64,000 nt of DNA. Source: Phoronis australis. Lineage: Eukaryota; Animalia; Phoronida. Shown one piece after another: positions 25,201 through 38,549 of the stretch. The DNA lies in NCBI GenBank assembly GCA_002633005.1, contig NMRA01000151.1, positions 349,337 to 413,336 on the forward strand, in the 5' to 3' direction. The position numbers were made by a program, and so were the translations under genes. Below the pieces are notes generated by a model, which made no database searches, was not told the origin of the DNA, and saw only the letters and a list, made by a program, of their open reading frames with translations. How positions within the stretch are numbered: position 1 is the stretch's first letter; each line of letters begins with the position of its first letter.

Positions 25201-26570
25201 CCCACTATCCTCCTCATTAAAGAAAATAGTTCTGATATGACCAGCAAACTATTTTTGCAAAGGATCCTGAAAGGTCAAGACGATAAATGGCTAAAGAAGT
25301 TCTACTAACCCTAAACTCCCTTCCATGCCGAAAAATTATTCTGTACAATATCAAGAACAAGGCTCTGCTCAAAAAACTTTGTAGCTATCCTCTGCCTCAG
25401 AACAACGAGCTTGTCAGCAAAAACAATTGGGCAGTTACCCATGCTGAAGCACACGTCATACCCTGCTGTTGCATGTAAAAAGCGGTGTCCACACAATCTC
25501 AATCCTCAGTGACGACGCCGATGTCGTTGTGCTATTGATTTATTGGACATCACAGATAAGTGTTGATGCCAAGATTCGAATGGATAAATGGAATGGTGAT
25601 ATCTTGGACATAAATGAAACAGTCCAGAGATTAGGACCCAGGGAAGACAGCCAACTCCTAGGAATTCATGCTATGTTCAGCGGCGAAACAGTACCCTGTC
25701 CCTTTGTAAAAGGAAAACTGACGGCCCTCAAAAGACTTGAAACTAATATAAAAGTCCTCGACCAGGTATTGGGGGGTATCTGGTGCGACAAACGCTGAGC
25801 TTTGGGAAAATGCGTATGCATTTTTCTTACCTCTGCATGGGCAGAATAGTTCCCAAACAATGAATGTGCCGCACCGAGTTCTACCCTGGGCGAGAGAATC
25901 CCCTACCAATAGCGGAAATGCCATCAACAGATGCCAGTGAGATTTTGATAAGATAGTATTTGACATTTCTTTTAAATTGATGTTAATGATAATAAAACAA
26001 CATAACAGATGAGGAATGTACAAATGGGCATACATGTAGCATGTGCAACTACAGATGCATCAGTCACCTGTACAAGTCGAATACATGTACACGCATATTT
26101 CTTGTTCAGGAGAGGCAATATTGTAACTTCGGTCATTGAGACTTTTGTACGATAACTTGTTCTAGTATTTACCAATCCGTTATGATTAACAATGTGGAAT
26201 CTTAGAACGAATTTAGCAGAATTTGATAAGACATTGCACATACATTTAACATTTCATCCGGTCCTGGCGTGATAACATTTTGACCTCTGACCTCTCACTT
26301 GACCTTGAGTTGAGCTCCCATCCGCAAAATACTAACAGAAATGGATTCTACGTTCCAGAAAACATTAGGTACGATGTATTGCAAGACCTTGGATGTATGA
26401 ACTTCAAGAGATCGGCGGTATCCGCCATCTTGAATTGTGAAAATTGCTCAATGTTGCACAAAGTGAAACCTTGCTAATTTTGTTCTCTTTAGCACAGATA
26501 ATCAATTTCGAAAATAAATCTTTTCAGTAAACACCATTGCAAGATACCCTGCCCCTGCCAGTCTTCACGT
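22295..26570 (+). mobile_element. Decayed AcademX-type DNA transposon with long imperfect TIRs
   Basis: 22327-22455 is the diverged reverse complement of 26420-26547, and the match extends to ~22620/26277. Fragmented ORF motifs: YDYGITTSYEEALRFRKS, SFLGCIGTLM, HAEA, ILSDDADVVVLL and IHAMFSGETV..P..KGKLTALK (XPG/FEN1-like). Exact termini uncertain. Confidence 0.72.
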
Positions 26571-28863
26571 AGTCAGAGTCTCATTCAATCTTCTTAAATT
26601 TCAAACTGCCGTTGTTTTCTGTAGACCTGACCCGTGACCCAAATGTTGTCCTTGCTTGAGAATGAGTCATTAGTTAAATTCAAGGATCACCATTGGCAGT
26701 GATTGGAACTGGTCTCATTCGTAAACAATGTAATCAAAGTTTTATGAAATTTTCTATTCATTCTTGTCCTTTAAATTGTTACTAACTGGACACAAATACA
26801 AAACTTTGTTCATGTCAGTTTCAATAGCAGACAGAGTTATGAACTGCTGGTTTCGAAATTCTGAACATTCGAAGTAATAAACTTTTGCAGGTAACGAACA
26901 TTTGGAGTAGTGAACCCTCGGAACAGTGACATTTAATATTTGAAATATTTTCCGTTAACTGAAGTTTGTTGCTCGTATGAAGTTTGCAAGACTGTGCACC
27001 TGTGACACTGATTGAAAAATGAAAACTATCTTCATTGACCATAGTTTTTTATCGATTTTAAGTCATTCATACCGCACTATACTTTACGAGAGATCTCGAT
27101 CTCGCTGCTATATGGTTTAGCTTGGCATCTACTTTGTCATTATAGTGTAGCCACCACGCGCGTTCTGACGATAAATAACTGTTCACGCCTAGTATTTACG
27201 ATTCTGCCATCTACGCAAACACCACTCGGTCGAAGTTGGCCGGTTACGGCCTGATGATTACGTGAGAAGCTTTAAGTGAGAAGCAAATTCAAAATTATAT
27301 CTAACTTAGTTTTCATTGCAGTTAGTAGTACCAGTAGATGGGGCCATGCCCTCATTGAACCCACCGTTGCTAAGCTTTGTCTGCGGTAATAATATAGTCA
27401 CTGGAATACAGTGTTGATTTCCCTTGCATGGAAAGAACACATGAATCTTGTGTCTGGTAGTATCTCGCTGAGTTCGCGCATCTTTTCTTTTGTCCCTGTT
27501 ATTCTTTTGATGAGGGCATGCAAAGCGTAGAGATAGACAAATCTCCTAGCGAAATCTCATAGGACCGTCACTGACGGACATTGTTTCATGCACCGTAGAG
27601 ACGTCTAGTGGGCGTGTGCACAATAAACAAAAACGTATCAAAATATAACTAGTGCCAACGTTCGAACAGAATTAAATACCAAGCTTTTTCTTATATTCTT
27701 TTCAAAATCTGTTTTGGTTTAAAAAATGGCACCTTAGAATGTTATACCTGGGACATTGATTGGTTTCACCAGGGGCAGAATATGATGGTGTCAGCCCGGT
27801 CTTGGCTTTGATCCGCACGGTATCCGCCTTTTTCACCCCCTCCTCTCAGTTTCCACCCATTGTCCTTTCTGCCCTCTCTGATGCCCCTCGGAAGCAACTG
27901 CCGTACTCCCGCGTTAGAATTCTCGTACAAACTACAAGGGGTACGGTGTAAACATTAACTCGACCAAGTTTGGGTTTCCCCAGGTTGCCACACCCCTCTG
28001 TTGCCATCGACAACTATTTTCATCATTCGGTCTCTATGTTGCAGTAAAAACATGTACTTCACATTGTACGTTCTTTTTTCTATGATAAACTTCAGTGGAT
28101 GAAGTGTACTACATAAAACACGGAGATGAGGTTACCGAACAAAAATCTGTTTTCCGTGTCTGTCATAGATGTCAGTCTATTCGAATGTTTTGTTCGAACG
28201 TTTGGTTAAACGCTTCTTAGTTCAAGCCCAGTTTTAGCCTTGGAAAAAGAAAAAAAAACTTTTCATCATTGTCCAGCACGAATACCACACACCCGTGCTC
28301 GTTCTTTTATGAACGCTGTAACGCCTGAAGATGGACGGAGAAATGACCGATCGTGCCAATGTAATTAAACTAGATGATGGTGTAAAAAACAATGGATTTT
28401 AGAAATGTTTTCTACCAACCTTGCTGTTAAATCATGATAAAATTGGTGAATAGGTTTCAATATGGAAACGACGTCATCTCCCTTATTTTCAATCGGATGC
28501 TCGAGACCCCGCTCAAAAAGTTGATTTCAACCGGTGGACCACTATTTCGCGCCAAGCATAGCCTCATGCTACATCAGATTCACTGCCAGTTATTCCCAAT
28601 GATGTGCATGTTTGACTACGATAGGAGATCGTAATAAAAAGGCAGTATTTTTACAGAAACAGGAGTCACTTTAACTGCCTGAGAACAAATAAGTATATAT
28701 TATAATGAAAAACTAATTCGCAGGCTTTAAATGCAGAACGACTCATGCTGTAGTTGTCAGACTGGACAAATTGATTACTTTAGTTCATCCACAATATCTA
28801 ATTTGAACGTTTTGCTTCCACTTTTTACTCGTCATTGAAGCCACCTCTCAATCCTTTCTGTAG

Positions 28864-29199
28864 GAGGACCCAAAGCTCTGACGGTTACAAGCACCATGGA
28901 AGGAACATGGGATGAGATCCAATCACTCTACATTACTTCCAGACCTGAATTTTTTCTACTCAACGTCATTGATTGCGAAACAGATCTTGTATATCCACCA
29001 AAAGATGTCGAGATAGAGTTCGGTAATTTGGAAGCCGGCATGAACATGAAACAGCCATCCAGGTCCACACCTGAGAGAGTTTCCAGAAGTTTGGAATTTA
29101 CACCAGTGGAGTCCATGAACTCCATAACACTATACTGCATTGCCAAAAACTTGCGCAGTAATGCCACAGCTCGAAAGGACATCAAATTATCCGTACCGT
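28864..29199 (+). CDS. Ig-superfamily gene, exon F (Ig-like domain)
   Basis: Acceptor cctttctgtag|GA, donor CCGT|gtaagt; 336 nt, phase 1/1. GP start; IDCETDLVYPP...SLEFTPVESMNSITLYCIAKN pattern. Confidence 0.87.
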
Positions 29200-29539
29200 G
29201 TAAGTAACAAAATGTAGTGTAATACGTAGCTCATATTGTTAAGACCCCTGTGTAAAAACACAAGTATGGCCTAAGTATCCATGCTTCAATTTCATTGTTT
29301 AGGTGGTACCAATACGACTGTGTTGCGAAAATGGTACTGTTTCAGACTGGGGCGTCGATCGCGGCTGTTGCTAAGTCTTACATGGAATGTGGCATTCGAA
29401 TAAGCTAAACTCGTTGAATCTCTGCATTAAGGGTTGTGTATGAGTCCTGTCAAAATATTAAATGGCTGTGCACCAACTTGTTAGGTGTACACCATACTTG
29501 GTTGACAACCAAGAAAAGTTCGTAACAAAACTCATGGAT

Positions 29540-31110
29540 GTCAGCCAATCATTTAGATGTCACCTGAAATGGATTTCAACCAGCAAGCTAGACAGCACAC
29601 CACCTGGCAGAAAGGAATTAATACTCTAATGGCGTTAACAGAGCTGATTATTAAACAATCGGCGCAGTGTAGGAGGCTAGAGGGAGGGAGGAGTTGAGCC
29701 GCCCATGAATTTGGTTCCCAAATAGCAATCAACAGTTGCACCGCCTGCTGAGTAATTAGATAATGATCAGAGAGACAAATCGTGAGTAAGTTGCTTGCCA
29801 ACTAATAACCAATAGTTGCCCCTTGTGTGTTGAAATCGATACACAAAACGTACCGGGAGTGGCGTTGATGAAGTAATATCTCACGAGACATTATTCTGTG
29901 TGTCAACCGATACCGCACATCGAGGTCGACACGCGGGATAATGACTGCAATTATGGAGTAAGAGTGAGTGCATACTGAGCGTTCGTAAGTTGTTTGCCAT
30001 GAACAGTCAACAGTTGACCCACCTGGTGATGCATTAGAGACTGATCAAAATGTAGATATAGTTAGTTGGCAATCAACTGCCAATAGCTGCCACTCCTCTT
30101 AGTGGAAATGAAACGAGTGCATACTTGGAGTGAGCTGGTTGACGCCAACAAATAACCAATACATGCAGATGCTCTACCTGGTGAGAAATTAGATAGTGAT
30201 CAAACAGACATATGGAAAAATAGTTGGCTGCCAACTAACAAGCAAGCTTCCCCACCTGGTAGTGGAAACAAAATGAGTGGAGACTGTGAGTGAGTTGATT
30301 GGTTGCCAACTAACCACCAATATATCCCAACCTGGAAGACGAGTACTTATTGTGTGTGAGTTGGTTGGTTGTCATCTAAAAACTAATAGCTGCTGAAGTC
30401 CAAAGGTGAAACCACCTCAAAAATATAACTGCTGGTGCTGCAGTACAAGCCATCTAAAATACAAATTGCGAGTTAGTTTGTTGCCAACTAGAAACCAGTA
30501 ACTGCCCCAAGTGGCGCAAAAATTAGTGCTTACTGAGATTGAGTTGGTTGGTTGCCAACTAACAACCAATAGTTGCCCCACCTGGTACTGAGGTCCAAAC
30601 CATCTAAGAGAAAGGTGGAGAGTAAGTAGGTTAGATACCAGCGAACAACCAATTGCTTCCCCAACAGGTGGTTTCTGGGGGTAACTTAGTTGGTAGCCAT
30701 CTAACAACTAACAGGTGGTCGAGGAATTTGATCGTAACCAGTGATAGACAGTGAGTTAGTGGTTGCCAACAAACAAACGATAGCTGCCGTACCTGATGGT
30801 GCAAATACAATTAGGGCAGCGGAATGTGAGTTGGTACTGTCCCAACAAAATAAATGCCGACTGAGGTTGAGTTGCTTGCTGCCAACAGACATCCAATAGC
30901 TGCTCCACCTGGTGAGGAATTATATTGTGTGATAAGGTACGGATGGTGTGTTAGTTGGTTTCCAGTTAACAACCCATTGCTGCCCCACGTGGCCAGTGGT
31001 GGTATGACGAACCTGTTCAGGCTGGCGGTGAATCATTTTGTTGCCAACTAACCACTAATAACTGTTCCCACTCATTTTGTGGCGAACCAATCAGAGGAAC
31101 AGTTGGTTGT
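29540..31110. repeat. Highly diverged ~60-bp minisatellite array
   Basis: Recurring core gttggttgccaactaacaaccaatagctgccccacctggtg (for example at ~29790, 30300, 30480, 30545, 30760, 31040) at roughly 60-bp spacing. Confidence 0.8.
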
Positions 31111-31588
31111 CCGTCATCGCGTCTTCAAAGACATGATCGAATTCATTTCAGATTGAGAGTCTATACTTTTGAATCTCTGACATACGTTTTCAGAGTACGG
31201 CTCCTTTGCTTATAAATGATAGTCGTTTAATTTGGCAGCCTTTAATATGCAATTACCATGTTTCAGTAACGCAACTTGCAATGCTGGTCTAGGTTTAACA
31301 TAACATCAAGACTAATCCATCGCATGATGAAATCAGAAAACACTGTATAGATGAAGAGTTTCCCAGCATTACTTAGCTTTCATTGCAAGTTGGAATTTTG
31401 AAAATCTTAGTGCAAGTTGATTAAGAATTGATACACGTGAGAAAAGTTCTTATTCCTAAAAGTTGTGAAGTGTTAATCGGGTGTCAGACAGAAAGTTAAT
31501 CCACTTCTAATTACAAGCAATAGGTGCCCCACGTTGCTGAATGATTTCATGAGCAACTTTTAACTGTATTTTTAAATGATGGAACTTA

Positions 31589-32831
31589 CGAGGGTCGTTC
31601 AATAAGTTCTCGGCCTCACCAAGAAAACAACGCGATAGCAACTACTTTTGACTTTTATTGCTCAACATAATTTCCCGTTTTTCTTTCACCTGTGTTCCAG
31701 TTTTGCAATGCCTTCTTAAAAGAAACTTTTGTCAAGCCCCTCAAAATTATCATCCACTGCACTCATGACGTCATCATCGCTCACAAACTGGCGTCCACGC
31801 AGGTAGGCCTTCAAATGTGGAAACAAATACATTTAAAAGCAGACGGAGCCAGGTCTGGAGAATAGGTTGGGTGCGGAAGGATTTCAAAGCCACATCTAGT
31901 TGCTTCAGCCACCGCAACTTAGGCAGTAGGTGCTTTGTCTTGAAGCAACAGCACTTCATCCCGAAAATTTTCCGCGCCTCAATTCCTTTATTGCTTTTTT
32001 GAGTTTTTCCAAAAGTGGTGCATAGTAATTGCTAGTAACAATGTGTCCTCGTTGCAAGTAGTCGATAATCAGAATATCTTCGCTTTCCACAACACAGGGG
32101 CCATAACGTTGCCCGCAGAGGCACCCAACTTGAACTTTCTCGGGCTTGGTCAACCCACGTGTTCCTTTGCTGCTTTGATTCCGGGTCAAAGTGGTGGACC
32201 CATGTCTCATCCTGGGTTACAAGTCTTCTTAAAAAATTGGCTGGACCTGTTTGGAATCTTCCTAGAAGTTACTTTGAAATTTGCATTCTGCTCATTTTCT
32301 GATCCCGAGTTAACATTCTTGGCACCCATCGTGCGAAATATTCTCTCAGAATTTTAGAGACGGACCCCTTACTGACGCGAACAGTGTTTGCCAAATGTTG
32401 AACACTCAGTCGTCTGTATTTCATAACCATTACATGAATTTTATGCACATTTTCGACGATTTGGGACGTCCTGGACGAGGGTCATCTTCAACGCTTTGTC
32501 TACCCCTCTTGAAACAATCTGACCACCGTTTTACTGTGGAGTAGCTCGGGGAGTCATCTCCTAGTGTTTTTGTGCATCCCTTCATGAATATCTTTCGGTT
32601 TCATTCCTTTTTTACCCAAATACTTTATGACAGCACTCGTCTCCGTAATCTCCATGCTGCCAAATGTGTCGTCTGCTTTTTTGAAGCTGTGCCACCTAGC
32701 GACTGTTGACCGTACTAATTCAGCATCAACGCAGTACTGTTACGAAAGCTAAAATTTTACTATGGTGTGAAAAAAAATCACTTGCGTCCCTGTTTTCTGG
32801 GTGAGGCCGCGAACTTATTGAATGGCCCTCG
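31589..32831 (-). mobile_element. Full-length decayed mariner transposon (Hsmar2/irritans-like TIR)
   Basis: TA|CGAGGGTCGTTCAATAAGTTCTCGGCCTCACC...GGTGAGGCCGCGAACTTATTGAATGGCCCTCG|TA; 1243 bp. The minus-strand transposase starts MEITETSAVIKYLGKKGMKPKDIHE at 32655 and shows DETW-, IDYL..G and PDLAPS-like motifs across frameshifts. Confidence 0.92.
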
Positions 32832-33089
32832 TATACTAGATAATTGCTGCTATAGTATATTGTGGCACCAGCAGGTGAATTTGGTGGTTGACAAATGATT
32901 TGATGACTGAAAGCAGATACTATTGTGAACAGTTGGTTCTATTCAGCCATTCGCTGTAGGCCATCGTTAATTCTCAATTTTTTTCTCGCTGAAAAAGAAA
33001 ATAACATAAAGAGGAATTGAAGGCGATCGGCGGATTTCAAACTCAGCGTAAAGTATTGTGTGATTGATAACACCTCTGTCCAATTTAAT

Positions 33090-33510
33090 AGGAGGAAACT
33101 GAATCAACATGCTCACGAGTCTCATACTGGAATAAAACTTACAAAAATAGCGACGTTGCGTCCGCATCTCACGGACTTCAGCTTGGCTTGTGGCGTTATC
33201 GTTATTCTGGCCAATTGCTGGAGTTTTGACCAGATGGCGCTGCATTGACGTCAGAACACCATCCCATACGTGTCACAATCGAATCTTAAACCACCTCTTT
33301 TTTAAAGAGAGACTCTCAATGCGCTTGTGGAGAGCTTCCTTTACACCCCTTCTGAACCAGGCTTCCTCACAGTCTAGGATAGTGACATCATCAGTATAGA
33401 AATCATGTCCAGAAGCGCACAGGTGGCTAAAAATAGCCGAATAATAAGTGTCCCCGTAACTAGGACGACGATGTTGTGACATACGCATTTTAATGGCCTG
33501 TTTCGTTTCG
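33090..33510 (-). mobile_element. Penelope-like element 3' relic (GIY-YIG endonuclease C-terminus plus pLTR-like tail)
   Basis: RMSQHRRPS...SAIFSHL...GHDF....VTILDCEEAWFRRGVKEA is the typical C-terminal part of a PLE GIY-YIG domain. It is followed by a degenerate hammerhead-like motif at 33152-33182. Confidence 0.75.
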
Positions 33511-36500
33511 GGACAACTAGCTAAGCCGCCGTGTTTGGTCTTTTTCCCCGGACTAATATCAGGAGTTAAGTTTCATTTAAAAGAAAACAGATGATTTCAT
33601 TAGAGAGAATAAAACTTTTTCTATAGAAAGATGTCAGAAAAACTCACTTTTCAACTTTAAACAGTGGTGTAATTGTCCTTTGAAAATATGGACTTCAGCG
33701 CACGCAATCGCAATTTCCCACACGCAGTCACGGGTATTTAAGCTTTTCCGTCGATGTATAGATGGCGCAGTAATCAAGTCCTCCCTCATTAGCATATCAA
33801 ATTTGCATGCTGTAAATGGGAGTTTTCGAGATTCTCGTCAGTTGTTACATCGAAATGGCATAGTTATAACGGGAGTTTGTGACAGAAGAATTTCATTGTG
33901 ACGGATTTTATCCAGCAAGGATACTTCTGTGGGACACGTTTGTCTCGGCTCCGTTAATGAAGTAATGTTTAAGGAGTTGTCCGGCTTCTTCCATGAACTA
34001 AAGCGGAATATTGCGGATCGAATCGCCAGGAAACGGGTGGCGAAGAGCGACGTAGTGTTCCGCGCACTGAGCGTCATGCTCTGCGTGAAAGTTCACAGAA
34101 AATTTATTCGGCCATATCATATGGTGCTACCACAATTGGACTTGAGGAGTAAACATGACACTGACTTGCAACGCAGTGCAGTGTGCAATTCTACTTTTTG
34201 TATATGCACCGCGAGTCCTCTGGCTTCGTCACCGTGTCCTCTGCTAGTACAGCAGCCACTACCTGGAATACCAGCACTGAAAGCACCAGTGTCGCAAGTA
34301 GACGGAATCTTTTTCCCGGCCCCAGTTTAATGAGTCGTACCTCTGGACTCCCACCCCAGCCTTACCTGATCGGGGTTTACACGTACTGGCAGGTGGTTGT
34401 ATTAGAGAGATGTTCCGTACATACAAGAAGAACAGGGGTGATGCATCATACAATCAGAAAAGAAAAATTCTGGCTGCTGTGACCATTTCTGCAGATGTCA
34501 AAAAGAAGTAAGTTTTATTTTGATTTCCTGGGAATAAAGTGATGAGATTGGGAGTTTTAAAATTATAGTTGTCCTTTGTCTTGTTTCAATGGTCACATGA
34601 CTGCGTCTAATTCTCATCAATTCATGTTATTGTCAAAACTGAATTGTTACAAACTTTCCTCAGTTCGCTCTAATGACCCTCATTGCAAAGCAGGTGACTT
34701 TCTCAGTGATTGAAAGCAAAACTATGTCCATGATTAGTTTCCAATAAAACAGTATGCGAATCATAGGTTTCTTTTGATTTCGGGACAAGCTGAACATAGA
34801 CTATTTTAAAGATGCCACGTCTCATTAAAACCATGAAGATTTGAATTTATCAACCGCCACCTAATGACTTCATGGAGAAATGCGTCAGTACTAAAATATA
34901 TTTAAATATCCTATATTTCGAGCAATGCGCTCTTTGTCAAGGGTGTGCTACAGACCGCTGAGTACATGTAGATGGATTTAAAATAAAATGGCACAGGAGA
35001 CCACATAGCGACATACAATTGACAATTTGCTGTTTTAAAGAAAACACTGCAACTGCAAGCTTAAAAACAAATGTGAACATACAAAAACCTCAATAATTTC
35101 AAATATAATGCAGTTGTTATTTGATAGTGAAATACTCAAATATTAAAAACTGTTCCTTGTTTCATTTGGGCAACAATGAAATTTGCATAAAAATAGTCTC
35201 TCAAAACGAGATTTTTGTGATATTGTAATGGTAACTCGTTCTGGGATGGTTTCCGGTACATTGATATGGGAAGACCCAGGGTAGTTTGTAAATTAGTACT
35301 TCATTTGCATATTCAAAATTTAGTGAGACAATGTATCTTTAAAGTATGTAGTTCGACTTGTTTGTACCAAAATGCAACTTGACGTGCAACTTTTCTTTGA
35401 ATTGCATATTTAAGTACTAAGTACGAAAATAGACAAAGGATATGTGCACAACACCCATTTAAGTGCATGACTTGACTTTAAGTGAAGCATGCTTGCACAT
35501 GAGTATGCCTTCAGGATGAAAGGACTTGAAAGAAAGTTTTTATTGAAAAAGTACAATGTTCTCAATGGATGAACTTTCAGTTTTAGTTGTACAGTACTAG
35601 TTCAGTGTGTTCTTGTGATTTCCTAACTTCTGTTTTTCTATCTAGGCTTGGCGTCCTTCTTCCAGTACAGCAGAAGTGCAGAGATTGAGGTAATTTACTG
35701 TACCCACACCATTCCTTTTTGTCATTTCTGAGCAAGCTGGATAGTTCCATACGACAAGAGTTCATTGGTAACCATAGACACAAAATTGTAAAGGTGAGCA
35801 TATGACAGTTTTAAAATAAGAGATTAAATGATGCTGCAATTCAACCTTTCCCTGCCTCCTTATGTTACTAGATTATGTGAGACTAGGTGGTAAAAGAGTG
35901 AACATATACATTCACTAGAATATCAAGCCTGTCACAGTAGTGCTTGATTTAGGAATGAGATGTAAAGTTTTGGGGCTTCCAAGTAATGCTAGATTTCAAA
36001 ATGACCTGTTATGTTCACTAGTCCTGCTTGTGGGTCCAAATCGTGTTGCCGATACATCGTCACTAAACATTCTAATTGTGTACCTCTAGATACCCTCTCT
36101 CACTTTAAGTTTTGCCATGTTTCCCTTTGCAGATTAGACAATCCAAGGGAAAAGATGATATAGAGTTGGTGACAATAGGTGTGACAATTACAAAGTCAAG
36201 CCCGACATTTTCGTTGTACATGTGATTGGCGACTTTGTAAGAACAATTCTTGTCGTAAATATACCAATGCACATATTGGTGGTTTCCTCAGAGGAGAGGC
36301 AGGAAGAAGCTTTGAAAGCAGAAGTAGTGTGCGTGATAAACTTTATCGTCAGGTAGCAGTTTATAAAACGTGAATTAAATTGATGAGTATCATATCATTT
36401 GCTCAAATTGTCCAAATAATTTTCTGTGGTCTGTTTCTAAATTTGTGTAGCAATTGTCCTTGTAGTGTTGTACAGCACAATAGAATACACATGTACTTTA

Positions 36501-37960
36501 AGAGTTATCGTTGTTGCATTTTCCAGATCTATGAACGTGACAAACATTATGATATCACATTAACTAGCTAATGTTAAACTACAAAATCAGTCAACATAAT
36601 GCAAAGTACACCGTATATTTGCACACAGAGAGTTGCTATTCGAACCAAAAATGGCGCTAGTAAAATACTTGTAGCAGTCTTATCATATTCAGAGCACTGG
36701 TAGGCATGTTACTGCTGTGACTATGTCATGTGAATTAGTACATTGTTGTGTCCCTCAGTCCTTCCTACCTCTGACCTCTCTCTGCAGTTTCTTTGTCAGT
36801 ACGGCATGTGGAAAATTTACTGATGTCAGCTTTCTACTTGATATACACCTGTATTGGCTATAAAAAGTTTCAACAGCGCTACCCTTTAACTGCAGTGGAG
36901 AAATGTAGTACCCTGGATGTCTGGTGTGAAAATCCTGGCACAAGGCTTTGAACGAGAATACACAAATTTGTAGAAGATTGTATGTCTGAAAGGAAACAAT
37001 GAAAACATTTAAATTTGCTGTTGCATTATGCAACTTCCAGCAGCTTCCTCAAATTGGACTTAACACAGGCTGAAGTGTTCATAACTTTCCGATACTTTAC
37101 ATATGTAGCAGTAATTGTAGCTATCACCTGGAATTCAGAAAAGGCAAGGATGTCTGAACGTAATTTAAGGTAAAACGGTAGCTTGTACATTAGCCATTTT
37201 CACTTGTAGAATGATTTTTGTTTTCTGAGGTCATGTATATCTGAATTTGTGAGTAATTCCTTATCTCTGTGATTGCTAGGCCAAATTACTGAGAAACGTG
37301 CATATGAAGTTGGTTGAAAATTGTCTTATGTTTTAAGAACAAGTTTTGTAGCGAAAATGATCCTCCATATTCAGTAAGTATCGTGACGTGCTATTTGAGC
37401 CCGCGAGGTATGTCATTAGTGCAAAAGGTCACCTATTTGCAGATTTTTTTGTTTTCACATTTACAAGGTGTCAGTGAATACAGCTGCACTTTGTTGATAT
37501 TCAAAAGGCATTGTTGCTTAGTTCCTGTAATACATTAGCGCAATTAGGAGCATGCAATTACATCTTTAAGAGGTTTAAGAAAATTTTGTGACCAGGATAT
37601 TCGTCAGAAGAAATGAGCACTAGTTTGCCTCCATGAATCCTTTTCAATAAGCCACCCATTACTCATAATGTTAAGTTTTGAAGTATACCCTGACTGGAAA
37701 AAAATGACTCGTTTCAAAACCTGACTCAAAGGGGTGCTTGAATTCAATACCAGAGAGGCTTACAGAATGAATACCTAAAGAATACCCACTGAAGAAACAG
37801 TCATTTATTTCTTATTCAAAGCAAAGGTATCTAAAGAGTAATCGAATTTTGAAAAATAAACCTGTCAATACAAAACTTAGAGAAAACCATATCCTATCAA
37901 TTCAGCCCCAAACTCAACAAAAAACCTTTCCCAATTCGATGCCAAAATTGGTGAAAATCA

Positions 37961-38020
37961 CCCTTTTAATCGACACGTCACCCACCCACACCCTTTTAAT
38001 CGGCACGTCACCCACCCACA
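37961..38020. repeat. 30-bp tandem duplication (a second ~31-bp duplication lies at ~38299-38362)
   Basis: cccttttaatcg(a/g)cacgtcacccacccaca occurs twice; acgcgctgattttaaaagata(c/a)cacagcgaac occurs twice. Confidence 0.85.
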
Positions 38021-38549
38021 CCATGGAATCTCATTCAGATACTGAATGGCCCTTGCTCTTAACACCAAATTTTGTAAGAAGCCTTTGGTTCTCAAATCAT
38101 ATTATACTATAATAACAAAATAGATACCAGTATAGATCTATTTCAATAAGCCTCACATTATTTAATATGATTATGTGTATTGTATTTCCGTTTTGGGTTA
38201 CAAAATGAGTCCTTGTTTTAAAGTGATCCGGTATGACTTGAAAAAGATATTTCAGAGTCGAGCGCTGGTCGATAAACCGGTGACCTCCCGCTGAGAGCAC
38301 GCGCTGATTTTAAAAGATACCACAGCGAACACGCGCTGATTTTAAAAGATAACACAGCGAACAATCATCGCTTCGCAATCAGGAGGTGAAAACGCTCCCA
38401 TGACCGCAGTTCTAAATTCCAGCTAAGCAAGCCCTATTTCGAGGGACGGACTTTGAATTGTATTCATACCCTGACAGTGGGTTGCAGAGAAGTTTAGAAC
38501 GAGGTCAACATCGAAATTTCTGAGGCTAGCCAAGTAGTGTAGTAGTATA

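Noticed and set aside
29540-31110. Conserved core with variable spacers, considered as a CRISPR-like array
   Set aside because: The cores are themselves degenerate and the spacers are related to one another, which fits an old minisatellite.
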